From the NCBI GenBank assembly GCA_050951545.1, contig JBMNJG010000002.1:64001-128000 (forward strand): 64,000 nt of DNA, in the 5' to 3' direction. Origin of the DNA: Limnochordia bacterium (GTDB lineage: Bacteria > Bacillota > Limnochordia > DTU080). Numbering within the stretch: position 1 is the stretch's first letter; each line of letters opens with the position of its first letter. The translations under genes and the position numbers were made by a program. Below, in pieces: positions 30,759 to 40,083 of the stretch. The notes below the pieces were generated by a model. The model did not search any database and was not told the DNA's origin. It saw only the letters and a program-made list of their open reading frames with translations.

Positions 30759-31901
30759 CTACCCAGACAGTGACCGTAGACGGCGCAAGAAACCACGCGC
30801 CCCTCCCTCTTCCTCCGGAACAGGACGCTGATGCTCAAGCCCCAATAGCCGACTAGCTATTTCCCGAAAATCCTGTGATGCCTGCGCCCTTGGATACTGC
30901 AAGACCACGGCTACCTGTTCGCGCACCGCTCGCCCCACATGCTCATCCTCGCTAATGTACCCAAGCGCCTGTAGCTCGTACTGTAGAAACCGTCTGGCCG
31001 CGAAAACCATCTTATCCGCCACGTCTATACCCTCTTGTGGGGATTGTACCCGATTGACCACAAGCTTGATTGGCAGAACGTAGCCAGCTCGAGAAAGCAC
31101 TTTCACCAATGCGTAGGCATCGGTGATGGCTGGTGGCTCTGGAGTAGTGATCAAAACCGCTTCGTTTGCGGCCACAATGAAGTTCGTGACACTGCGTGAA
31201 AGCCCGCTGGCCGTGTCGATAAGTATCAGGTCAGTGTAGCGTTCCAGGACCCGGAACTGGCGAATCAGATTGGCGAAACTCTCCTCATCAAGCTCGGTCA
31301 GCTCCTGCAATCCCGAGCCTCCAGGCAACACGATAACGCCCCGCGGTCCCTCAACGAGGACTTCAAGAATGTGCCGTCGCCCACTGATGACGTCGGTCAG
31401 AGTGTAATGAGGGGCTAGGTTCAACACCACATCGATATTGGCAGTGCCCAAGTCGCCATCGATAATGCAAACACGCCTGCCGAGATCCGATAGGGCAATG
31501 GCCAAGTTAACAACCGCTGTCGTCTTCCCTACGCCGCCCTTGCCACTAGTCACAGCCCATACCGGAACCTGCAGTTCCTCGCTGCCAATCTTAGGGTCCT
31601 CCGCAAGTGTCTCCAAGACAAGGTAGCGTGCCGACCCAGTCCGCCGCTCACATACCCTGGTGCGAAAATGACGTTCTCCTTCCACGGTGAGAGCCTCTAG
31701 CACCACTGGGGTGCCAACTGGCAGCAGAATCAGCTTGCCCTGCTCCATAGGAACCGCTACTCGAATACCCGCTTCTTCCTCGCCAAGCACAGTGCTCTCA
31801 TAGGGACCGCGGTAGATCGGCGACCCTGGACGAAGAAGCACATTTTGACCCGGTTCGAGGCGCCGCAACCCCTTCGGTCCGCTCGCTTGCACGATGGCCA
31901 T
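30759..31901 (-). CDS. FlhG/MinD-like ATPase with N-terminal YcgR-N-like domain
   Basis: VTSGKGGVGKTT, DGDLGTANID, LPGGSG, TTPEPPAITDAY; N-terminus YESTV...VAVPMEQGKLILLPVGT resembles the YcgR/MotI N-domain. Confidence 0.8.
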   Translation of the reverse strand: MAIVQASGPKGLRRLEPGQNVLLRPGSPIYRGPYESTVLGEEEAGIRVAVPMEQGKLILLPVGTPVVLEALTVEGERHFRTRVCERRTGSARYLVLETLAEDPKIGSEELQVPVWAVTSGKGGVGKTTAVVNLAIALSDLGRRVCIIDGDLGTANIDVVLNLAPHYTLTDVISGRRHILEVLVEGPRGVIVLPGGSGLQELTELDEESFANLIRQFRVLERYTDLILIDTASGLSRSVTNFIVAANEAVLITTPEPPAITDAYALVKVLSRAGYVLPIKLVVNRVQSPQEGIDVADKMVFAARRFLQYELQALGYISEDEHVGRAVREQVAVVLQYPRAQASQDFREIASRLLGLEHQRPVPEEEGGARGFLRRLRSLSG

Positions 31902-31956
31902 GCCCTCCATTCCATGAAACCGTATCCGCGCAGGCCGAACCCGATACGCGCACCTG

Positions 31957-32814
31957 CTACTGGCCGACAATCAGCTCATAGATCCGGGTAATGTCTTCTT
32001 CGCTGTAGAACTCGATTTCGATCTGCCCACGGCCTTCTCGGCGCACGATGCGCACCCGTGTCCCCAGAGTCTGCTGTAGCTCTTCCTCCAGGGCGGCCAA
32101 CTCAGGCGCTTGCGGCAAGCCTGCCTTACGCTTGCGCGCTGGCCGCGTCTTGGAGGCTTTCCGAGCTAGCTGCTCCACCGCTCGCACCGAGAGCCCTTCG
32201 GCCATGATGCGCTCAGCCAGTTCGAGCCGCTCTTCGCTGCTCGGAACCGCTAACATTGCGCGAGCGTGCCCTGCAGAGAGCTTTCCCTGGCGTACCCCCT
32301 GCTGCAGACTCTCCTCCAGCTCGAGAAGACGCATGCGATTCGCCACAGTAGAACGCTGCTTGCCCACACGGGCGGCTATCTGTTCCTGAGTCAGCCCAAA
32401 CTCCTCACCCAGCCGCCGAAAAGCTTCGGCTTCCTCCATAGGGTTGAGATCCTCGCGCTGAAGGTTCTCTACCAACGCCATCTCCAGCACCTGGCGATCC
32501 TCAAGATCGCGAACCAACGCTGGAATAGCCTTGAGACCCGCCAGCTGAGCCGCCCGCCAACGACGTTCACCCACTACCAACTCGTAACCTGTGCCCTTCG
32601 GCCGCACAATCACTGGCTCCAAAACACCGTGCTCCCGTAAAGAGGCCGCCAGTTCTGCAAGTTGCTCCCGGGCATACTCTCGTCGCGGCTGGTCAGGATT
32701 AGGAGAAATACGCGTAACCGCGATCTCGTGGACTGCCGTCTGTCCGCTATCAGCCTCAGCCGCTTGCGGGATAATCGCCGCCAGGCCACGCCCTAGTGCT
32801 TTGCGTCCACTCAT
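31957..32814 (-). CDS. parB: Chromosome partitioning protein ParB/Spo0J
   Basis: ALGRGL, NPDQPR, GERRWRAA, ENLQREDL. Confidence 0.96.
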   Translation of the reverse strand: MSGRKALGRGLAAIIPQAAEADSGQTAVHEIAVTRISPNPDQPRREYAREQLAELAASLREHGVLEPVIVRPKGTGYELVVGERRWRAAQLAGLKAIPALVRDLEDRQVLEMALVENLQREDLNPMEEAEAFRRLGEEFGLTQEQIAARVGKQRSTVANRMRLLELEESLQQGVRQGKLSAGHARAMLAVPSSEERLELAERIMAEGLSVRAVEQLARKASKTRPARKRKAGLPQAPELAALEEELQQTLGTRVRIVRREGRGQIEIEFYSEEDITRIYELIVGQ

Positions 32815-33575
32815 GCGCCTAACACCTCCGCCGCCAGTTCTTGATAGGCGAGCGCTCCTCGACACCTGTCATCGTACACATTGATGGGCTGTCCATAGCT
32901 GGGCGCTTCGCTAAGGCGCACATTGCGCGGAATCACGCTTTCGAACACTCGAACCCGGCCCTCAAAGAACCCTCGCACATCATCTGCCACCTGCTGCGAC
33001 AGATTCGTACGACCATCAAACATGGTTAGCACCACGCCTTCCACCTCAAGCCCTGCGTTCACGTGCGTGCGCACCATCTCAATAGTTTGCATGAGTTGCC
33101 CCAAACCTTCTAAGGCGTAGTACTCGCACTGAATGGGAATAAGCACGCTATCTGCCGCGGCTAACCCGTTGAGGGTAAGCAAGCCCAACGACGGCGGGCA
33201 ATCCACGAGAATGTAGTCGTAGAGATCCACAACCTCCCGCATTCGCTCCCTCAATCGAAATTCCCGCGAAATGGCGCTTACCAGCTCTATTTCGGCGCCA
33301 GCAAGGGCGATTGTCGCCGGAGCTACATGCAAACCCTCTAGCAAGGTTGGCTGGATTATCTCCGACATCGCCGCGCGTTCGATAAGTACATCGTACATCG
33401 AGGCCTTAAGAGTGGCCTTCTGAATGCCGATGCCACTAGTGGCGTTGCCTTGTGGATCAAGATCGACCACGAGCACGCGCTTGCCCGCTACGCTCATGTA
33501 AGCACCCAGATTGACCGCAGTGGTGCTCTTGCCCACCCCGCCCTTCTGATTGACGACAGTAATTGTTCTACCCAT
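32811..33575 (-). CDS. parA: ParA/Soj ATPase
   Basis: NQKGGVGKSTT, DLDPQGNAT, DCPPSLG, PRNVRLSEAPSYG. Confidence 0.96.
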   Translation of the reverse strand: MGRTITVVNQKGGVGKSTTAVNLGAYMSVAGKRVLVVDLDPQGNATSGIGIQKATLKASMYDVLIERAAMSEIIQPTLLEGLHVAPATIALAGAEIELVSAISREFRLRERMREVVDLYDYILVDCPPSLGLLTLNGLAAADSVLIPIQCEYYALEGLGQLMQTIEMVRTHVNAGLEVEGVVLTMFDGRTNLSQQVADDVRGFFEGRVRVFESVIPRNVRLSEAPSYGQPINVYDDRCRGALAYQELAAEVLGA

Positions 33576-33699
33576 TGCCCAACACCTGACCCTTTTTGGG
33601 CGACCCAACCCATGCATTCCAAGCACACTTCGTGCCAGGGGAGTTTCATTCCTTCCCTTTGTCGCCGACAGCAACTCAGTCGCCAACCTAATCTACCTA

Positions 33700-34431
33700 C
33701 TAGAGGGGACGCTTCTGCGCAAGCCCCGCTCGGCGCGGGTAGGCAGGCGGTGTAGGACGGCTCTTGCGGTACCACACGAGCGTTCTACCCCCACTGCCTC
33801 CAGGCAGTTCCAGCGACGTCAGCACTGCTGGGTCAACTCCCAGCTTCCTCGCTGCCACGCGGGCTTCAGCAACCTCATCTTCCACGTCAGGGCCCTTCAT
33901 GGCTATGACACCACCACCTATCTTGACCAAGGGCACACAATACTCTAACACGACCGGAAGGCGTGACACCGCTCTGGCCACGGCTACATCGAAACTCTCA
34001 CGCGCATCAGCATCACGACCCAGATCTTCAGCCCGCAAATGCAGACAACGCACTCCTTTAAGCTGCAGCTCAGCAAGCACTTCTTCCACGAAACTGACCC
34101 GCTTACGCAATGCATCCGCCAGTACCCATCTGACATCGGGACGCAAAATGGCCAGGGGCACCCCTGGAAAACCAGCACCAGTGCCCACATCCACAGCGCG
34201 ACAACCGGAGGGCCATGAACCTACGCCCAGACAGGTAAAGGAGTCCGTGAAGTGCTTCAGTGCTATCTCCTCAGGCTGCACGAGAGTCGTCAGATTCAGC
34301 TCTTTGTTCCGATTCACCAACATGTCGGCAAAGTGCGCACACTGCTCCATCTGCCGCCCAGACAGCTCTATCTCCATCTGTCTTGCTGCCTGCGTCAAGG
34401 TCTCCACAAAGATACTCTGCATACTCGTCAC
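33700..34431 (-). CDS. rsmG: 16S rRNA m7G527 methyltransferase
   Basis: NLT, KHFTDS, DVGTGAGFPG, RAE, ARAV. Confidence 0.95.
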   Translation of the reverse strand: MTSMQSIFVETLTQAARQMEIELSGRQMEQCAHFADMLVNRNKELNLTTLVQPEEIALKHFTDSFTCLGVGSWPSGCRAVDVGTGAGFPGVPLAILRPDVRWVLADALRKRVSFVEEVLAELQLKGVRCLHLRAEDLGRDADARESFDVAVARAVSRLPVVLEYCVPLVKIGGGVIAMKGPDVEDEVAEARVAARKLGVDPAVLTSLELPGGSGGRTLVWYRKSRPTPPAYPRRAGLAQKRPL

Positions 34432-36320
34432 TCCACTACCTTTCGCCCTTGCCGACGTCTACTCTCCAAATGAACCAAGAGCACCGCAACGTCTGCAGGT
34501 GAGACGCCCGGAATGCGAGCAGCTTGCCCGAGCGTTTGGGGTCGCACTCGCTCCAGTTTCTCACGCGCCTCACGGGCCAGCCCACCGATCTCGCTGTAGG
34601 TGATGCTGTCTGGAAGATGCCTGTCCTCCATACGTTTTTGAGCCGCGACCTGCCGCTCTTGCCGCCCGATATAGCCCGCATAGCGCAGATCATTCTCGAC
34701 CCCAGCCACGATCTGCTCGTCCAAAGGTGTGCGCTGCGGATCGAACACTGCCACTTTTTCATAGGAAAGCTCCGGACGACGCAGCAGTTCCTTAAGGTTG
34801 CTCGGCCGCGCTAGAGGAACCGACCCTAAAGTCTGTAGCTGGGCCTTAGTCGTTTCGTTCGCTGGCACCTCTACGGCCTCCAGTCGATCCTTCTCCGCCT
34901 TGATCTCTTCTAGTTTTCTCTCGAAGGAAGCAAAGCGCTCGGCACTGATCAAGCCTAAGGCATGCCCCAGCGGAGTCAGCCTGCGGTCTGCGGTATCCTC
35001 CCGCAAGAGCAATCGGTACTCAGCGCGCGAGGTCATCATCCGATAGGGCTCGCCTGTACCCTTAGAAACCAAGTCATCAATCAGCACGCCGATATACGCT
35101 TGCGAGCGATCCAAGATCACAGGCTCCTCATTCCGGACATGACGAGCCGCGTTGATACCAGCTATCAGTCCCTGCGCCGCCGCCTCTTCGTAGCCTGTAG
35201 TGCCATTGATCTGCCCCGCAGCGAAAAGACCGCCTACCTTCTTCAGTTGAAGTGACCGCTCAAGCTCGAGTGGATCGAGGCAGTCATACTCGATAGCGTA
35301 GCCGCAGCGAGTAAACTCCACATGCTCCAACCCAAAAATCGTTCGCACAAACTCTATCTGCACAGCCTCCGGCAGACTGGTCGACAGCCCTGCCAGATAC
35401 GCCTCATGCGTGTGTACACCCTCAGGCTCTATGAAGACCAGATGCCGATCCCTCTGAGGAAACATGACCAGTTTGGCTTCGATAGACGGGCAGTAGCGAG
35501 GTCCGGGACCCTGAATGGCACCACTGTACATCGCCGACTGATGTAGGTGAGCTCTTATGACCGCGTGCGTCCGGGCATTGGTGTGCGTCACCCAGCAAGG
35601 AAATTGGGGACGCTCAGAAGGTCCCGTTTCAAAGGAGAAACCGTAGCGTAGCTGTTCTCCCTCCAAACGCTCAAGACGCGACTTATCGAGCGAACGAACG
35701 TGCACCCGCGGTGGCGTGCCAGTCTTGAAACGCATCACCCGAAGACCAAGTCGGCGCATAGTCTGCCCCAACTCGTCCGCCCCTCGTTGCCCACGAGGCC
35801 CTGCGGCGAAACTGCGATCGCCCACATGCACGCGACTAGCCAGATAAGGTCCCATACACCAGATGACCGCAGACGCCCCATAACGCCGCCCCAACTGAGT
35901 CTCCACACCCCGTACGCACCCCTCGTCCACGACGACATCGACCACTGATGCCTCGACAAGGCGCAATCGCTCCTGATTCGCCAGCGTACGCAGCATACGC
36001 ATGTGATACAGGCTGCGATCCACCTGAGCCCGCAAGCTCTGCACCGCTGGACCTTTGCTCGTATTCAGCAACCGCACCTGAATGGCCGTTGCATCAATGC
36101 AGCGTGCCATCTCCCCACCCAAAGCGTCAATCTCTCGTACAAGATGACCTTTGCCGGGTCCGCCAATGGAAGGGTTGCATGGCATCAGGGCCACGTTCTC
36201 TAGACTCAGGCTAAACATGACGACATGCATCCCCAGGCGTGCCGCGGCTAGCGCTGCTTCACACCCCGCATGGCCCGCTCCTACGACGATCACGTCACAT
36301 GTCTCATCAAAGATCATCAC
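34428..36320 (-). CDS. mnmG: tRNA modification enzyme MnmG (GidA)
   Basis: VGAGHAGCEAA, CNPSIGG, GPRYCPSIE, GQINGTTGYEEAA. Confidence 0.97.
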   Translation of the reverse strand: MMIFDETCDVIVVGAGHAGCEAALAAARLGMHVVMFSLSLENVALMPCNPSIGGPGKGHLVREIDALGGEMARCIDATAIQVRLLNTSKGPAVQSLRAQVDRSLYHMRMLRTLANQERLRLVEASVVDVVVDEGCVRGVETQLGRRYGASAVIWCMGPYLASRVHVGDRSFAAGPRGQRGADELGQTMRRLGLRVMRFKTGTPPRVHVRSLDKSRLERLEGEQLRYGFSFETGPSERPQFPCWVTHTNARTHAVIRAHLHQSAMYSGAIQGPGPRYCPSIEAKLVMFPQRDRHLVFIEPEGVHTHEAYLAGLSTSLPEAVQIEFVRTIFGLEHVEFTRCGYAIEYDCLDPLELERSLQLKKVGGLFAAGQINGTTGYEEAAAQGLIAGINAARHVRNEEPVILDRSQAYIGVLIDDLVSKGTGEPYRMMTSRAEYRLLLREDTADRRLTPLGHALGLISAERFASFERKLEEIKAEKDRLEAVEVPANETTKAQLQTLGSVPLARPSNLKELLRRPELSYEKVAVFDPQRTPLDEQIVAGVENDLRYAGYIGRQERQVAAQKRMEDRHLPDSITYSEIGGLAREAREKLERVRPQTLGQAARIPGVSPADVAVLLVHLESRRRQGRKVVE

Positions 36321-36351
36321 GTCACTTTCACCACCACTGGCAGACTGCTGC

Positions 36352-37716
36352 TCACTTGCCTACGCAAAACTGCCGAAAGATCTCGCTGACTACCTCTTCG
36401 GGCGTCGTCTCTCCGGTCAGCTCCCCCAAATGCCACAGTGCATCCTCCAGGTCCACGCCCAGGCAATCCGCTGTGACACCCTCAGCAACCCCAGACACAA
36501 TGCGCTGCAAGGCATCAGCCGTCGCCTGTAACGCACCGACCTGGCGTGCACGCGTCAGCAGCGACTCTTTGTTCTCGCTGACATCCGCTGCCTCTACCAT
36601 GGCTTCTTCCAGAGCGCCTAGCCCGCTGCCAGTAAGGGCACTAACCGCTACCACGCGTCGCCCTCCGAATGGCTCTAGCTCGACTCGCTGGGGGCGATCA
36701 CTTTTGTTCAAGACGACGAGACTGTCCCGCTTTCCTAACATGCGCAAGACGTGCTGATCCTCGCCCCGCAGGGATTCGGAGCTGTCGAAAACACCCAGCA
36801 AAAGGTCCGCCTCAGCTGCTCTACGCATGGTGCGCTTGATTCCTTCTTTTTCCACAGGATCCGAAGTCTGGCCCACGCCCGCCGTGTCACTCAAGCGGAA
36901 GGCCACCCCAGCGATTTCACAACTCTCTTCAATCACATCTCTTGTGGTACCCGCCACCGCTGTCACAATGGCCCGGGGAGTGCGCAGCAACGCATTCATC
37001 AGACTCGACTTCCCTACATTAGTACGTCCAATAAGAACCGTGTCTACGCCTTCACGCACGCGTATCCCTAGCCGAGCTTCAGCCAGTAGGCTGCGGATCT
37101 CCTCCAGAATATCCCTCAACTGCTCCATCCACGCAGTTGGTGCCACCTCGGGCACTTCGTCAGGATAGTCAATCGACGCGTGTACATGAGCTAGAAAGCT
37201 GAGCAAACCCTGACGCATAGCCATGACTCTCTGCGACAACGCTCCCTCAACCTGTCGCGCGGCGAGAGCTCCTGCTCTTTCAGAGCGAGCATACAAAAGA
37301 TCGGACACCGCCTCTACCTGGACCAGATCGAGCTTGCCGTTGACGAACGCCCGCTTCGTGAACTCCCCGGGCCCCGCAGCCCGGGCCCCGGCAGTGATCA
37401 GGGCCCCGAGCACCGCCCGCAAGACCACAGGGCTCCCATGACAATGGAACTCCACGACGTCGTCCCCCGTATAGCTGCGTGGACCTCGCATCACCACCAC
37501 GAGAGCGTGGTCAAGAATGCGGTTTGGCGAATCCACGAGCATGCCATAGAGCATTTTGTGCGATTCTGCCTCGCATAAACGCACACCGCTCCGACTGCGA
37601 AAGAGGCGATCGGCGATCTCGACGGCATCAGGACCACTAAGACGTACTACACCCACCGCTGCCACCCCCGCACCTGTGGCAATCGCCGCGATCGTATCTG
37701 CCAGCATCTCCTTCAC
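36352..37716 (-). CDS. mnmE: tRNA modification GTPase MnmE
   Basis: DTIAAIAT, GRTNVGKSSL, GTTRD, C-terminal FCVGK. Confidence 0.97.
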   Translation of the reverse strand: MKEMLADTIAAIATGAGVAAVGVVRLSGPDAVEIADRLFRSRSGVRLCEAESHKMLYGMLVDSPNRILDHALVVVMRGPRSYTGDDVVEFHCHGSPVVLRAVLGALITAGARAAGPGEFTKRAFVNGKLDLVQVEAVSDLLYARSERAGALAARQVEGALSQRVMAMRQGLLSFLAHVHASIDYPDEVPEVAPTAWMEQLRDILEEIRSLLAEARLGIRVREGVDTVLIGRTNVGKSSLMNALLRTPRAIVTAVAGTTRDVIEESCEIAGVAFRLSDTAGVGQTSDPVEKEGIKRTMRRAAEADLLLGVFDSSESLRGEDQHVLRMLGKRDSLVVLNKSDRPQRVELEPFGGRRVVAVSALTGSGLGALEEAMVEAADVSENKESLLTRARQVGALQATADALQRIVSGVAEGVTADCLGVDLEDALWHLGELTGETTPEEVVSEIFRQFCVGK

Positions 37717-37729
37717 GCCCCTCTATGTG

Positions 37730-37757
37730 AAAAGACCCCGGGTTGCGGGGTCTTTCT
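37730..37757 (-). terminator. Intrinsic terminator after jag
   Basis: aaaagaccccg-ggttg-cggggtcttt hairpin with T-run. Confidence 0.6.
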
Positions 37758-37780
37758 CTCGCGTGATATATCCTTCTCAA

Positions 37781-38422
37781 CTACGAACGCCGCTTTGGCA
37801 CAATGACCACACGGCGGTACGGATCATCACCTTCACTATGCGTATCGATCTCCTCATCGTCGGCCAGCGCCATGTGAACGATACGTCTTTCCATGGCGTT
37901 CATAGGCTCAAGCGCAGTTCGCCGACGCTGCGCCTTAGCTCGCCCAGCCATCCGCAGAGCCAGCTCCTGCAAGGTGTTCTCTCTCCGTTGACGGTATCCA
38001 GCAGCATCCAGGACGAAGCGCACCCACTCGCCTTCGCCCTGCCTGTTGACAACGGAATTCACGAGACTCTGCAGAGCATCTAGCATCTGGCCTCTTCGAC
38101 CGATAATCAGACCGAGGTTTTCGCCACTGAACTCGACATACACAGTCTCCTCCGAACCCATAGAGTACTCCACGGAAGCCTGATTGCCGAGAAGCTCAAG
38201 CAGCCCCTTCAGAAAGGCTAACGCTGCCTCGGTTTTCTCCTGTCGCACATCCTTGACACTCACTCGGACTCGCGCCTGTTTGTTACCGATGATTCCCAGA
38301 AAACCCTTACTACCTTCGTCGAGTATCTCTATCTCAACCTGATCCCTATCTACGCCAAGCTCATCTACTGCCGCCTCAACCGCCTCTTCAACGGTCCGAC
38401 CGCCTTTTTCCACCCACTTCAT
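37781..38422 (-). CDS. jag: Jag/EloR (KhpB) RNA-binding protein
   Basis: GRTVEEAV, KH motif IIGRRG, R3H motif ERRIVH. Confidence 0.93.
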   Translation of the reverse strand: MKWVEKGGRTVEEAVEAAVDELGVDRDQVEIEILDEGSKGFLGIIGNKQARVRVSVKDVRQEKTEAALAFLKGLLELLGNQASVEYSMGSEETVYVEFSGENLGLIIGRRGQMLDALQSLVNSVVNRQGEGEWVRFVLDAAGYRQRRENTLQELALRMAGRAKAQRRRTALEPMNAMERRIVHMALADDEEIDTHSEGDDPYRRVVIVPKRRS

Positions 38423-39081
38423 TTGACCTCGCTTCCTCCTTGTCCCAGGCCAGGCTGCCGTGAAATCCACGTCTGCTGGGCGATAGTCCACAGATTACTG
38501 ACTATCCAATAAAGCACCAAGCCCGCTGGGAACGACAAGCTTATCCAGGTGATGAATATGGGCATGAACACCAGCATGCTTTTCTGAGACGGGTCCGTGG
38601 CCGTCGTCGCCATCTGCCAATAGGTGGTAAGACCCGACAGGATCGGCAACACATACATCGGGTCTTTCACCGCTAGGTCCCAGAACAGGAAAAGGGACAC
38701 AAACGGACGCGTAAAAGCCTCTGGGGCAATGCCATTCGGAAAATCACGTAACACGCCAAACAAGGCCCACAGAAAAGGCAACTGCACCAGAAGTGGCAGA
38801 CACCCGGATAGCGGATTCACTCCATGCTCTTTGTACAGCTCCATCATTCGGCGCTGGTATTCCTCCGGCTTGTCTTTGTACTTCTCTTCAAGCGCCTTCA
38901 CTTTGGGCTGCAGTTCCTTCATCGCCGCCATGGATCGTGTTTGGCTTAGGGTGAGTGGAAGCAGCACCAAACGGATTAGCACCGTCAGAATAATGATGGC
39001 GATGCCATGATTTCCGGTCAGGTTATACAGCATGACCAGCGTTTGCCTCATGACATTGCCTATTAAGCCCATTACCGCCAA
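38419..39081 (-). CDS. yidC: Membrane protein insertase YidC/SpoIIIJ
   Basis: IRLVLLPL, GVNPLSGCLPLLVQLP, PAGLVLYW. Confidence 0.95.
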   Translation of the reverse strand: MAVMGLIGNVMRQTLVMLYNLTGNHGIAIIILTVLIRLVLLPLTLSQTRSMAAMKELQPKVKALEEKYKDKPEEYQRRMMELYKEHGVNPLSGCLPLLVQLPFLWALFGVLRDFPNGIAPEAFTRPFVSLFLFWDLAVKDPMYVLPILSGLTTYWQMATTATDPSQKSMLVFMPIFITWISLSFPAGLVLYWIVSNLWTIAQQTWISRQPGLGQGGSEVK

Positions 39082-39135
39082 ACAACCCGCCTCCTATTCC
39101 TGACCCCGCCATGACTCTGCCGGAACCCAGCTATT

Positions 39136-39348
39136 TCAACTGACAGGATCATACCCACCGGGGTGCCATGGGTGACAGCGCAACACCCTCCGCATAGCCA
39201 TGTAGGATCCCTGGCGAGCGCCATACTTCCGTATGGCCTCCGCGGCATATGCGGAACACGTAGGATAGTATCTGCATGATCGCGGCAACGCGGGTGAGAG
39301 CACCTTTTGGTACAGGCCTATCAACACAAGCAGTAACCGACCCACCAT
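39136..39348 (-). CDS. yidD: Membrane protein insertion efficiency factor
   Basis: CRYYPTCSAY, RCHPWHPGGYDPV. Confidence 0.95.
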   Translation of the reverse strand: MVGRLLLVLIGLYQKVLSPALPRSCRYYPTCSAYAAEAIRKYGARQGSYMAMRRVLRCHPWHPGGYDPVS

Positions 39349-39388
39349 GTCCGCTCTCCCCTCGCACTGCTGTCACCGATAACGACTA

Positions 39389-39736
39389 TCATCTTTTCTG
39401 ACTGGTCGCTAACACACCGACCCGCGCCAACACATTTTCCAAGCCCTGCGACAGATCTCGAAACTCAGCGTCCCTAGCCACCACCCGGGCGGTAATCACC
39501 ACATCATAGCCGCTAAGCAATCTCTCGCTGAGGCTCCGCGTGACCTCGCGCAACCGACGCTTCACGCGATTGCGTGTCACCGCATTGCCAACCTTCTTGC
39601 TCACAGAGAACCCCAAGCGAGTTTCCCGACAACCGTTCGACCGGGCATGTACCACCGTGTACTGACCTCTGGCCACTCGACCATGTCTGTAGCACATCGC
39701 AAAGTCTTGCGGCCTACGCAGCCGTTGTATCGCCAC
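39389..39736 (-). CDS. rnpA: RNase P protein component
   Basis: GFSVSKKVGNAVTRNRVKRRLRE. Confidence 0.95.
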   Translation of the reverse strand: MAIQRLRRPQDFAMCYRHGRVARGQYTVVHARSNGCRETRLGFSVSKKVGNAVTRNRVKRRLREVTRSLSERLLSGYDVVITARVVARDAEFRDLSQGLENVLARVGVLATSQKR

Positions 39737-39819
39737 TACATATCCCCCAGAAACCGGTCAAGGGCCGCACCGCCTGGCGCCGACCCCAACTTACACCGTC
39801 CACCAAGGTCTTTGGACCG

Positions 39820-39960
39820 CTACGCAGAGACACTGATGCGCTTGCGACCCTTGACCCGCCGACGTGCCAATACCGCCCGGCCGCCTGGTGTCATCATCCG
39901 TGTTCGAAAACCGTGCCTCCGCAGCCTTCTGCGTCTGCTAGGTTGAAAAGTGCGCTTCAC
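39820..39960 (-). CDS. rpmH: 50S ribosomal protein L34
   Basis: Manual translation [46 protein letters not shown]; absent from the ORF track. Confidence 0.96.
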   Translation of the reverse strand: MKRTFQPSRRRRLRRHGFRTRMMTPGGRAVLARRRVKGRKRISVSA

Positions 39961-40083
39961 TCGCTTACCCCCCCAAAAAGATCGATCATCCGACTCAACA
40001 CGCTTAGTCTTCGGCGCGTCCTTCCGATTATAGCTTAGTCACTGGGGCTCAGGCAACAACACTCTCTCTTGACCACCGCACTA

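Noticed and set aside
33576-33699. noc gene between rsmG and parA
   Set aside because: Only ~120 bp separate the genes; no noc is present here.
33764-34603. 279-aa plus-strand ORF and the many other antisense ORFs in the track
   Set aside because: These are shadow ORFs opposite well-supported genes in GC-rich DNA, with no recognisable motifs.
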